A stretch of 57,535 nt of DNA from the IMG/VR virus record IMGVR_UViG_3300027741_000074, positions 1 through 57,535 of that record, one strand, 5' to 3'. Both the position numbers and the translations under genes were made by a program. Shown piece by piece: positions 25,696 through 34,098 of this stretch. The stretch comes from a virus. Taxonomy: Duplodnaviria; Caudoviricetes. The first letter of the stretch is position 1. Each line of letters begins with the position of its first letter. Under the pieces are notes generated by a model. It was not told the origin of the DNA, did not search any database, and saw nothing but the letters and a program-made list of their open reading frames with translations.

Positions 25696-26817
25696 ATGAA
25701 AACAAGAGCACAGATAGAAATCACACACGATGACATCGAAGGTGATGTCATCGACATTATCAATGAAGCGATCTACGAAGCGCGGGGAATCCGCGTCTCG
25801 CTTGACGCTTTCTTATTCAATAGCAAGACTCGCTTGCTATCTCACTCATTGGAAGTCCGTGACAACTGCGGTTCCATAAGCAGTTACTGCTTCCATGAGC
25901 ATGTGAAGCTCTCATACCGAGGGTTGCCGATTACTCTTCACCTACCGCCAGTCATGTCAGAAGGTAGACAGGTAGATTATTACGCCACAGATCCACAGTC
26001 TTTAGTTGACTATGCCCGTTGGGCTAACGTCGTGTTACCCTTCAACCCTTTAGACGAGAAGAGCGGCCTTCGGTTTGTCTCGCGTCATACCACAAGCGTT
26101 TACAGTTCCGACAATCACGCTAGGTTCACTGACCCAAAGCGCATTGTCTCTTGCGTCAACGACTTGATGAAGCACCTAAATAGAGAAGCCTTGAGTCAGC
26201 TCGTCACTAACCCCATGCTTGCTCGCATCGAGTCCGCGATTGCCAATCAAGGTTATCATTGTGAGTTCATCTCCGACGATGTTACCATCTCAGAGGTCTA
26301 CTACAACGAGAGCAGCACGACGAACAAGTTCGTTAGCTGCATGGCAGGCAAGTCTGCTGCATGGTTTGAGATCTACGATGATCTTCAATCACATGACCGT
26401 CTGACGATGGTTCGCCTAGTCAATGGTAGCGGCGAGTTTAAGGGTCGCGCCTTGTGCTGGAAAGGTAGTAATCCAGATGACTTGTATCTCGATAGGCTCT
26501 ACGTTCCTGAGTCCAACGGCGTGCAGCTCGTCGATGCGTTAGATGCTTTCAAGAAGTTCTGCGCTGAGAATAACATCCGCAAGACTACGTTCAGCAAGAC
26601 TGCTGAGTCCATCGGCTTAGAGTACAAGCCGATCTCCATTGAGGTGCCGCAACGTCTCAACTTCTACGATTACTTCCCGTATGCTGATTCCATGTATCGG
26701 TTCTGTTCCGATGGCAAGCTACGCAACCACTCGAACTATCCTTCAGGTGTGTATCTTGTATCGGAGTTGCGTTGTACTGACGGCACCGTCGAAGGTAACG
26801 ACGATCAAGATGTTTAA
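25696..26817 (+). CDS. Conserved phage protein with SCM...GRALxW...DRLY motifs (function unknown)
   Basis: FVSCMAGK, GRALCW, YLDRLY and FPYADS motifs, which I recall from phage early genes next to M28 peptidases. Confidence 0.55.
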   Translation: MKTRAQIEITHDDIEGDVIDIINEAIYEARGIRVSLDAFLFNSKTRLLSHSLEVRDNCGSISSYCFHEHVKLSYRGLPITLHLPPVMSEGRQVDYYATDPQSLVDYARWANVVLPFNPLDEKSGLRFVSRHTTSVYSSDNHARFTDPKRIVSCVNDLMKHLNREALSQLVTNPMLARIESAIANQGYHCEFISDDVTISEVYYNESSTTNKFVSCMAGKSAAWFEIYDDLQSHDRLTMVRLVNGSGEFKGRALCWKGSNPDDLYLDRLYVPESNGVQLVDALDAFKKFCAENNIRKTTFSKTAESIGLEYKPISIEVPQRLNFYDYFPYADSMYRFCSDGKLRNHSNYPSGVYLVSELRCTDGTVEGNDDQDV

Positions 26818-26830
26818 CAGAATAACCAAT

Positions 26831-27847
26831 ATGAAAATCAATACACAACTATTACTCGATGTCTTCGCAATCCAAAATCCATCACGCAATGTTGCGTGTA
26901 ACAATGAGGCAATGCGTGTCATCCAATCCCTGATTCCTGAATCCTGCACCGTGGTTCGGTGTGCTGGCAACATGATCGTTCGCAAAGGTGACACGTCCAA
27001 GATCCATCCGTTCTTCGTTGCGCACATGGATCAGGTACATGACTATGTGCCGTTCATGCGGCTCAGCATCGACAACAATATCCTGTCAGCGTATGACGGC
27101 AACGGCGCGCAATGCGGGACGGGCGGTGACGACAAGTGTGGCATCTATCTAGCACTCGAAATGCTACATCGTTTGCCCACTGTATCCTGTGTCTTCGTCC
27201 GTGACGAGGAGGTCGGTTGCCTAGGCTCGGCTATCGTGCCGATGGAGTGGTTCGCCAATGCGGCCTTTGTCCTGCAAGCTGACCGCAACAATCGTACCTT
27301 CGACATCATCCGCGATACTAACGGTATGTGCTGCGCTAGTGACGACTTCATGGATGCGCTGTTCGACCTGCCTGTTGCATCGAAGCACGGAGAGGATACA
27401 GGTAGCATCACTGACATTGGCGAGCTAGCAAGACGCAAGCTGCACGTCTCTTGTGTCAACATCTCATCAGGCTACCACCGCCCGCATCAGTCAAAGGAGA
27501 TCGTCAACCTTATCGAGTTGGCTATTGCTTGTGAGCTAGCCTTGCAGGCCGCGACTAACTACGGACATAAGCAGTGGTTGCACACCGCTACTAGCTCGAA
27601 CAATAACTATGGATACGAGAGCCACTTCAAGAAGTACAGTCGCTTCGATGACTTCGACAATGATTATCTAGCCTCTGATGATGTAACCGAAGACGTGTTC
27701 GAGCTTACGCCAGAACGCGAGTCGCTTATCAGTATGCTCGAAGATTTAGGTTATGACCGCCACTTCGATTTACTGGAGGCGTACGACACCGACGAGTTGA
27801 TCAAGTGGGTAGAAGGAGAGACCAGAAGGGGGACAACCTTAGTCTAA
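26831..27847 (+). CDS. M28/M20-family zinc peptidase
   Basis: Metal-ligand motifs AHMD, GGDDKCG, DEEVG, QADR and GYHRPH. Start moved to ATG 26831. Confidence 0.85.
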   Translation: MKINTQLLLDVFAIQNPSRNVACNNEAMRVIQSLIPESCTVVRCAGNMIVRKGDTSKIHPFFVAHMDQVHDYVPFMRLSIDNNILSAYDGNGAQCGTGGDDKCGIYLALEMLHRLPTVSCVFVRDEEVGCLGSAIVPMEWFANAAFVLQADRNNRTFDIIRDTNGMCCASDDFMDALFDLPVASKHGEDTGSITDIGELARRKLHVSCVNISSGYHRPHQSKEIVNLIELAIACELALQAATNYGHKQWLHTATSSNNNYGYESHFKKYSRFDDFDNDYLASDDVTEDVFELTPERESLISMLEDLGYDRHFDLLEAYDTDELIKWVEGETRRGTTLV

Positions 27848-27898
27848 TGACAAACCAATGCGTAGCTTACCGCATAGTTGGAGCACAACACAAACACA
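27847..27898 (+). repeat. 52-bp direct repeat, copy 1 (identical copy at 28235-28286)
   Basis: ATGACAAACCAATGCGTAGCTTACCGCATAGTTGGAGCACAACACAAACACA. Confidence 0.95.
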
Positions 27899-27913
27899 TA
27901 ACACAACAAACAT

Positions 27914-28222
27914 ATGATATACATTGACCAAAAATTCACAATCTGGGAGCGTTTCTCAATCGAGGACGAAAACAAAGAAGCACTTGAGTCTTTTCTGAAA
28001 GAGAATCCTCAAGCCTCAAGCCTCGACATTTACGATTGGGCGCACGAACAAGGTTTAGATCCTCATTGCGAAATCTTGGAAGGCACTCAAGAATCACTTG
28101 ATTCACAAGACAACGACGGCCAAGCAACTCTTGAGATTACCCAAGATCGAAAACCTTTGTGGAATAATAGCCCCGAATCGTGCTTCCCTACGGATTTCAC
28201 GATATGCGGAACAGACATCTAA
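27914..28222 (+). CDS. Small acidic early protein
   Basis: 102 aa, flanked by the two 52-bp repeats. Confidence 0.7.
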   Translation: MIYIDQKFTIWERFSIEDENKEALESFLKENPQASSLDIYDWAHEQGLDPHCEILEGTQESLDSQDNDGQATLEITQDRKPLWNNSPESCFPTDFTICGTDI

Positions 28223-28234
28223 CAAGTCATAAAT

Positions 28235-28286
28235 ATGACAAACCAATGCGTAGCTTACCGCATAGTTGGAGCACAACACAAACACA
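28235..28286 (+). repeat. 52-bp direct repeat, copy 2
   Basis: Identical to 27847-27898. Confidence 0.95.
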
Positions 28287-28302
28287 CAACATAACTAAAC
28301 CA

Positions 28303-28482
28303 ATGAGACTTAAAGTATTCAAGAAAAAACTTACAGGCTATTACATCCTCAAAGAAATCGCCATCCTTAAAGGTTTCTGGGACGACATCAAACAAGAGGC
28401 AGTGATACCAGAAGGTTACACGGTAGAGACCGACGGTATCTTATGGTCGATCAGACTCAGTAGCGACGGGGAGCAAGGTTAG
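28303..28482 (+). CDS. Small early hypothetical protein (59 aa, MRLKVFKKK...)
   Basis: Start moved to the ATG after the repeated leader. Confidence 0.6.
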   Translation: MRLKVFKKKLTGYYILKEIAILKGFWDDIKQEAVIPEGYTVETDGILWSIRLSSDGEQG

Positions 28483-28512
28483 ACTATACAAACACACAAC
28501 ATAACTAAACCA

Positions 28513-28758
28513 ATGAGTGAAGAACCCACACTAAACGACAACGAGGCAAACGTAACACGGATCGTCCGTGCCGTGTGCCCGAACGGCAAGCCCATGATTG
28601 TGCAAGCAGAGTACTGCGACGACAGGGGCATAGACATCGACACCCTTAATGTCTTTCCTGTATTTGGAGATAAGGTAGGTGAACGCTTGCCCATCGACGA
28701 CGAGACTAGATACCATGCCGCCTTAGGGTTTACACAAATTCTTGACAAAATGTCTTGA
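28513..28758 (+). CDS. Small early hypothetical protein
   Basis: 81 aa; shares a 30-nt leader/start sequence with the previous gene. Confidence 0.65.
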   Translation: MSEEPTLNDNEANVTRIVRAVCPNGKPMIVQAEYCDDRGIDIDTLNVFPVFGDKVGERLPIDDETRYHAALGFTQILDKMS

Positions 28759-28847
28759 ACTTTTCAGGCAACTGAATTACAACACGAACGCAACACCGAC
28801 TGCGTCAGCACAAATGGTCGGCACCTTACACAGATAGACACAACATT

Positions 28848-29942
28848 ATGACAACGACAAACACTGCTATTAACTCCATCAAACCATCCGAACTCTTGCC
28901 TCTTGCGGAAGCGGCAAGCATGATCGACCGCTTCCTTATGATCGTAGGGTCAGGCGGTGCAGGCAAGACCTCAATGGTCTGCAATGTCCTCGGCCCTGCA
29001 ATGGGACGTGAGGTATGGGAAGTCAACCTCAACGGACAAGGCCCACAAGAAACGACAGGCTACCTTGTGCCTGACTCCGTCACGAGGGATGGCTGGTTCT
29101 CCGCTCCTGAAATCTGGCCTACGCTAGATCGAGTCGGTGATCGGCCTGTCCTCCTGTTCCTCGATGAGGTCAATGACTACGACTCGCAAGTCAGAGCCTT
29201 GCTTCGTAGCCTGTACCCTGCATCTGGCAAGCGGAAGATTGGTTCCCATACCTTAGGCACTAACGTCTTCGTTGTGTGTGCCACTAACCGACGTTGCGAT
29301 GGTACTCGTTCAGCGGTAGAGGATGCCCCGTTCACTGAACGCTGTATCAAAGTCACGCTTGAGCCTAACGTCAGCGACTGGCTCGACTGGTACGACACGA
29401 ACCCCAAGCTCACCGCTAGTGGTTCTCATGTGCCCTCGTTCCTCCGCTTCGGTACTACAGGCGGCGATGGTCTCGACCACTTCAACCCGCCTGTCGTCAT
29501 GCCGTATGACGGAGCACCGCATCCTTGTCCTCGTACATGGGAGGCAGTCGCATTGCTTGAGCCGATCCGTACTACGGCACGAGACATCTACCGCAAAGCA
29601 GTCAAAGGTTGCATCGGTGACCGTGCAGCGTCTGCGTTCTTCGGGTTCCTGCAACACGTTGACAAGTTGCCTGACATCGCCGCCCTTCGTGCCAATGCTG
29701 ACACGTTCCAAGTGCCTGACGATCCTGCCAGTCAGTTCGCCCTTGTGTCGGCTTGTTTGAGCGGTGCAACGAGGGGCGTGAAGGACATACCGATTGCCGT
29801 GCATAGCGGTGGGTTCGACTGGCTTGTTACCCTACTGCTCAAGTGCAGAGGTGACATCCGTGAGTTCGGTGCACGCTCCGCTGAACGTAGAGGCATCCCA
29901 CTCAGCGAGCATCCTAAATCCCATGCCTTGATCTTAGGCTAA
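28848..29942 (+). CDS. MoxR/dynein-like AAA+ ATPase
   Basis: Walker A GSGGAGKT, Walker B LLFLDE, sensor ATN, and PCPRTWE. Confidence 0.85.
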   Translation: MTTTNTAINSIKPSELLPLAEAASMIDRFLMIVGSGGAGKTSMVCNVLGPAMGREVWEVNLNGQGPQETTGYLVPDSVTRDGWFSAPEIWPTLDRVGDRPVLLFLDEVNDYDSQVRALLRSLYPASGKRKIGSHTLGTNVFVVCATNRRCDGTRSAVEDAPFTERCIKVTLEPNVSDWLDWYDTNPKLTASGSHVPSFLRFGTTGGDGLDHFNPPVVMPYDGAPHPCPRTWEAVALLEPIRTTARDIYRKAVKGCIGDRAASAFFGFLQHVDKLPDIAALRANADTFQVPDDPASQFALVSACLSGATRGVKDIPIAVHSGGFDWLVTLLLKCRGDIREFGARSAERRGIPLSEHPKSHALILG

Positions 29943-29949
29943 ATGGATC

Positions 29950-29971
29950 TGCGTAGCTTACCGCATAGTTG
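29950..29971 (+). repeat. Third copy of the core motif TGCGTAGCTTACCGCATAGTTG
   Basis: 22-nt exact match to the core of the 52-bp repeat; intergenic. Confidence 0.9.
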
Positions 29972-30010
29972 AAGCGTTCATTAACAACACAACAAACTAG
30001 ATACAATACT

Positions 30011-30886
30011 ATGACAACTACTACATTGAACCTCGGCACTGCTCAATCACTCGTGCTCTGCCACTACTCGACAACAGCACCTGCTACCACTGCGCTCAAC
30101 CGCTCCGCTTCGGCACGAGCGATCACGTCAGCAGGTGCAGAGAAGGATGCGGCCCGACTATACAACACGATCCTTGCCGCCAAAGGTACGGCGGTGGGCA
30201 AAGCAATCAGTCTGCAACAGCGGACGGGCGTTGCAGTTCGCCGCTTCGGTATGCTCTGCCAGACTGGCGGGTTCTACCTACGCATCAAGGATGTGGACGC
30301 AGTGCAGAACGTGTTCGACGATGCCATTGCAGAACTCGACACGATTCGTGAGGACATCCTCGCAACGTACCCTGACCTGCTCAACATCGTGAAGAGCAGA
30401 CTCGCTAGCTTCGCAACTGAGGTCAGCATCCCGACTGCTACCGAAGTGGCAAGCAAGTTCACGATGCGCTTGTCTGTCATCAATCGACCTGTCGCAGTCA
30501 ATGAGGCAGTGCTCGTTGGCTTAACCGAAGAGGTAGCTAATCGGGTACGAGCAGACAGCCAACGTCAGATCGAAGAGGACTTCCGCGCATCTCATGCTGG
30601 TCCTGTTCGTGACCTCAAGAAGGTGATCGAGGACTTCACCGACGCGATGCGTAACGCTGACCGCTTGCACCTCACGCAGTTCGACAAGCTGCGCGACGAG
30701 GCAAAGCGTGTGAAGAACCTGAACTTCCTTGACCTGCCTGAGATTGATGCGGTAGTAAAGCTCGCTGCCGAAGCTGCCGCCTCACCTATCGGTGTGCCTA
30801 CTAAGTCAGAGCGTGAGACCATCGCCGCCAAAGCGGAGAAGGCTATCACCAAAGCAGACGAGACGCTTGCCGCCCTCGGCCTGTAA
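30011..30886 (+). CDS. Helical protein, DUF3150-like partner of the AAA+/VWA module
   Basis: Located between the AAA+ and VWA genes; GGFYL...F...IAEL...IP...EVASKF pattern. Start moved to ATG 30011. Confidence 0.5.
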   Translation: MTTTTLNLGTAQSLVLCHYSTTAPATTALNRSASARAITSAGAEKDAARLYNTILAAKGTAVGKAISLQQRTGVAVRRFGMLCQTGGFYLRIKDVDAVQNVFDDAIAELDTIREDILATYPDLLNIVKSRLASFATEVSIPTATEVASKFTMRLSVINRPVAVNEAVLVGLTEEVANRVRADSQRQIEEDFRASHAGPVRDLKKVIEDFTDAMRNADRLHLTQFDKLRDEAKRVKNLNFLDLPEIDAVVKLAAEAAASPIGVPTKSERETIAAKAEKAITKADETLAALGL

Positions 30887-30898
30887 CATAACACGAAT

Positions 30899-31069
30899 AT
30901 GGACAAGAATAACTACACACTATTAGAAGAAGCAACCGCCAGACTTATGCAATGCTTTGGAGTTCTGGAAGGTACTATCTTTAAATCCGACTGGAGTGAC
31001 TTTGGGATTACTCCTGAGATGGCAATGCTTCTGGAGGAAGCATGGGCCAAACACTACGTTAACCTGTAA
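30899..31069 (+). CDS. Small hypothetical protein (56 aa, MDKNNYTLLEEA...)
   Basis: Hand-translated; fills an intergenic gap and has an A/C-rich leader. Confidence 0.55.
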   Translation: MDKNNYTLLEEATARLMQCFGVLEGTIFKSDWSDFGITPEMAMLLEEAWAKHYVNL

Positions 31070-31119
31070 CCTGTATCAGGAGGTCCGACCCCTCCTTACT
31101 CTAACCTAAATACATACAT

Positions 31120-32586
31120 ATGAAATCGAATACAATAGATCCAACATCGTTCCCTTCGGAGCATCCACTTGCCGTTGCCATGCGTAACGTCAGCCGTCAC
31201 TGGTTCCTTGCATACAGCAAGCTCATGTCGATGGAGTGGAAGTGGTCCGACTCAATCCCATACGGCGCGACTGATGGTCGCTACCTGCTACTCAACAAAG
31301 CAGGTATCGACAAGCTATGCCGCCAGCCTAACGCATCAGGACTGATCGCATTCCTGCTAGTGCACGAGTCCCTTCATGCCTTGTTAGGTCACGGCTGGAG
31401 GCTAGCCAAGATGGCTGACTTGCATCGTGCCAACGTCGCCGCTGACTACGTCATCAACGCGATGATCGCAATGCGTAACCGTGAGTTGAAGCGTGAGGTA
31501 TTCCCCTTCATCGAGGGCGTGCTGCTTGACGAAGTCTTGTCTGGCGACAAGTCAGTTGAGCAACTCTATCGTGAACTGAGTAAGCCACAACCTAAAGAAG
31601 AACCGAAACCTGAAGTTAACCCCAAGCCATCACAGCCAAAGCCCGACGAGCAAGACGATGATGACGGTGAGCAACCTGAAGTTAACCCCAAGCCATCACA
31701 GCCAAAGCCCGACAAGCAGGATGGTGACAAGCAAGACGGTGACGGCAGCGACAAGCAAGACAGCAAGCCTGACGAGCAAGACGGTGATAGTGGCGACAAG
31801 CAAGACAGCAAGCCTGACGAGCAAGACGGTGATAGTGGCGACAAGCAAGACGGCGATGACCTCTCCGACTTCGTAGGTACTGGCTCGCTAGATAACCTTG
31901 AGCCAGAAGCCGAAGACGGAGAGACACAAGCCGAAGCAATCGACAAGATCGAAGAGGACAATGATCGTATCCTAATAGCTGACGAGATTGATAGGAGGCA
32001 ACAGTCTGACAACGGCATGACAGGTCAGCGCATCGGTAGTCAGCGCGGACATGGCTCGATTTTAGGTTGGCCTGACCTGCTACGTCAGTGGCTCACAAGC
32101 AAGTCACGTTGCGGATGGGACGCGCCGTTCAACGCGCCGATCTATTCCACAACAGGAGTTGTCGGTGCAGGCAGACGCAACAAGAAGGCTGGCGAGATCG
32201 TACTGGTACTGGATACGTCAGGCTCAATCGGTCAGCATACCTACGACCGTTTCCTGCAAGAGGCACAAGCCGTACTCGACGAACTCAAACCTGAACGCTT
32301 GCACCTGTTGTCGGTATCCCATGTCGTAGCTGACGTTGTAACACTGCAAGAGGGTGATGCCGTACCGAACAAGCTGAAGGGCGGGGGCGGTACTGCATTC
32401 AAGCCAGCCTTTGATTGGGTCAGAGATAACGTGGACGACATGGACGTGATGGTCTACCTCACCGACGGATGGTCATGTGACCTGCAAACGCTACCGCAAG
32501 TGGAGTTCCCCCTGCTTTGGCTCACGACACAACGTGCTGTCGCTGACTTTAAAGTGGGCGAGGCTCTTGAGATCACCGAACTATAA
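31120..32586 (+). CDS. DUF2201-type metallopeptidase + VWA domain protein
   Basis: ATDG, HESLH (HExxH), N.AADY.IN, an acidic linker, then MIDAS DTSGS, GGGT and LTDG. Confidence 0.85.
   Translation: MKSNTIDPTSFPSEHPLAVAMRNVSRHWFLAYSKLMSMEWKWSDSIPYGATDGRYLLLNKAGIDKLCRQPNASGLIAFLLVHESLHALLGHGWRLAKMADLHRANVAADYVINAMIAMRNRELKREVFPFIEGVLLDEVLSGDKSVEQLYRELSKPQPKEEPKPEVNPKPSQPKPDEQDDDDGEQPEVNPKPSQPKPDKQDGDKQDGDGSDKQDSKPDEQDGDSGDKQDSKPDEQDGDSGDKQDGDDLSDFVGTGSLDNLEPEAEDGETQAEAIDKIEEDNDRILIADEIDRRQQSDNGMTGQRIGSQRGHGSILGWPDLLRQWLTSKSRCGWDAPFNAPIYSTTGVVGAGRRNKKAGEIVLVLDTSGSIGQHTYDRFLQEAQAVLDELKPERLHLLSVSHVVADVVTLQEGDAVPNKLKGGGGTAFKPAFDWVRDNVDDMDVMVYLTDGWSCDLQTLPQVEFPLLWLTTQRAVADFKVGEALEITEL
31607..31860 (+). 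repeat. In-frame duplications in the acidic linker
   Basis: PEVNPKPSQPKPD x2 and DKQDSKPDEQDGDSG x2 (45-bp unit). Confidence 0.85.
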
Positions 32587-32614
32587 CAAATAAAAACTAA
32601 ACAAATATAATACT

Positions 32615-33274
32615 ATGAGTCAACTTAAGAGTAACTTCATCAGCAAGTACAAGATCAATGACCGAAGGCAAGTAGAGCGAGATATCGTGCAGTGGCAGAC
32701 CGACATCCTGAATGGGGACGACACTGCCGTACGCCTTACTGACTTTGTAGTTAATATGTATAAGCCTACTGGCAAGGTGCGTAGAGGTGGGGTAGATGCA
32801 CACGTCACCAAAGTACAAGGATACCAGATTGTAATGATCGAACGTGGGTACATTAGACCGATGTCAATCTACTCGCCGTTAGCCAAGCAGATGCTAGGAC
32901 ACTACGATCCTTTGAGTAGCTACGACGCATCAGTGATACCTACCTATCCAGCGCAGACCCACTACGCGGTACATGATATTGGACTCGACCCGCTCGATGA
33001 CGACATGACTAAGCGACTAATGGTTGCAGGTAAAATACCGAACTATGGTTTTGTTAATCTATGCGTCGAGAAAAGAGGTAGTGCTAATCACTATACTAGA
33101 TGGATATGCAATGATAGGAAGATCGAAGACCCTTTGCTTGCAATGGTAAGCTTGATCAACACACTGCCAGTAGACGAACGTAAAAGAATACTAGACGTGT
33201 ACAATAGCTACGGAACTATCGACACGTTAGTAGGTGATGCGCTTAATCACCTTGACAAGTTCCGTACCTTATAA
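32615..33274 (+). CDS. Hypothetical protein
   Basis: 219-aa ORF with an A-rich leader. Confidence 0.65.
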   Translation: MSQLKSNFISKYKINDRRQVERDIVQWQTDILNGDDTAVRLTDFVVNMYKPTGKVRRGGVDAHVTKVQGYQIVMIERGYIRPMSIYSPLAKQMLGHYDPLSSYDASVIPTYPAQTHYAVHDIGLDPLDDDMTKRLMVAGKIPNYGFVNLCVEKRGSANHYTRWICNDRKIEDPLLAMVSLINTLPVDERKRILDVYNSYGTIDTLVGDALNHLDKFRTL

Positions 33275-33295
33275 CTAACTCAACAACCACACACT

Positions 33296-33586
33296 ATGAA
33301 TACTATGAACACTAAGAATACTCAGTTCGATGCAGGCCACACCGTCGTCAATATGTACGCCGAGAATACCAAGCATGGCTTAACCTGCACCGCTTACATC
33401 AATGGCTTGTCCGTCAAGTCGCCCTCACTCAAGCTCGCTCGCATCGTCCGTGTCTTCATCGACACCGTCATTGCCGCTTGCGATTTCCCTGAGGACGCAT
33501 ACTCAGACAGCCACATCGAACGCCTGAGCCGTGAGCTTGAGGCGTACATCGACGGAGTGCACAAGCTCCATGACATTAACAACTAA
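33296..33586 (+). CDS. Hypothetical protein
   Basis: 96-aa ORF with an A/C-rich leader. Confidence 0.6.
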   Translation: MNTMNTKNTQFDAGHTVVNMYAENTKHGLTCTAYINGLSVKSPSLKLARIVRVFIDTVIAACDFPEDAYSDSHIERLSRELEAYIDGVHKLHDINN

Positions 33587-33599
33587 TAGATATAAGACA

Positions 33600-33818
33600 A
33601 TGAAGATAACGAAACAACACCATAAGAATAGTCAGATACATAGCATACCGTTTAAGGATACAGGTTGTGAGCACACTGCTGATCTCAACTGCGGGTGTGG
33701 TATGCAGCTTGAGATGAACAACGGACACATCATGGTAGAGCATACTCGTTGCGGCGGACGCAGTAACAAGTGGTCTGTTAAGGTAAACAACTTCGGCACT
33801 AAACTAAAACTGAAATGA
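33600..33818 (+). CDS. Small Cys/His-rich hypothetical protein
   Basis: Start moved to ATG 33600; contains GCEH..DLNCGCG...HTRC. Confidence 0.5.
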   Translation: MKITKQHHKNSQIHSIPFKDTGCEHTADLNCGCGMQLEMNNGHIMVEHTRCGGRSNKWSVKVNNFGTKLKLK

Positions 33819-34003
33819 CCACAAAGAAACTAGACTCCTTTGTGTCTTCGGTTGCTAGCAAGAAGAACATCAAGTCGCCACACCAGAAGTTCGCAGAGAA
33901 AAGCCAGATGCTACGTTGGTTTGGTGAACGCAGTGTGAAGGAGCTCAAGGCAATGCAGTCAGCACTACTCGCAATGCAAGCAGCTAGAGGAGGAGCAAAG
34001 TAA
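33815..34003 (+). CDS. Small basic hypothetical protein
   Basis: 62 aa, ATGA-coupled to the upstream gene. Confidence 0.55.
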   Translation: MTTKKLDSFVSSVASKKNIKSPHQKFAEKSQMLRWFGERSVKELKAMQSALLAMQAARGGAK

Positions 34004-34098
34004 TGGGTATGCTATTGCTCCTCCTAATCGGAGGCTGGTTCCTATGGATTGTAGCCTGCTTCCTACTTGAGATCATCCATTACTTAATGAATGGTTGA
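34003..34098 (+). CDS. 31-aa membrane peptide (MGMLLLLLIGGWFLWIVACFLLEIIHYLMNG)
   Basis: TAATG-coupled, single hydrophobic helix; overlaps the 3' end of the giant gene. Confidence 0.45.
   Translation: MGMLLLLLIGGWFLWIVACFLLEIIHYLMNG

Noticed and set aside
26639-26830. N-terminal extension of the M28 peptidase (and similar extensions at 2346, 14985, 23190, 29969, 52318, 55608)
   Set aside because: These extensions overlap upstream genes, hairpins or promoter boxes; downstream ATGs with typical leaders fit better.
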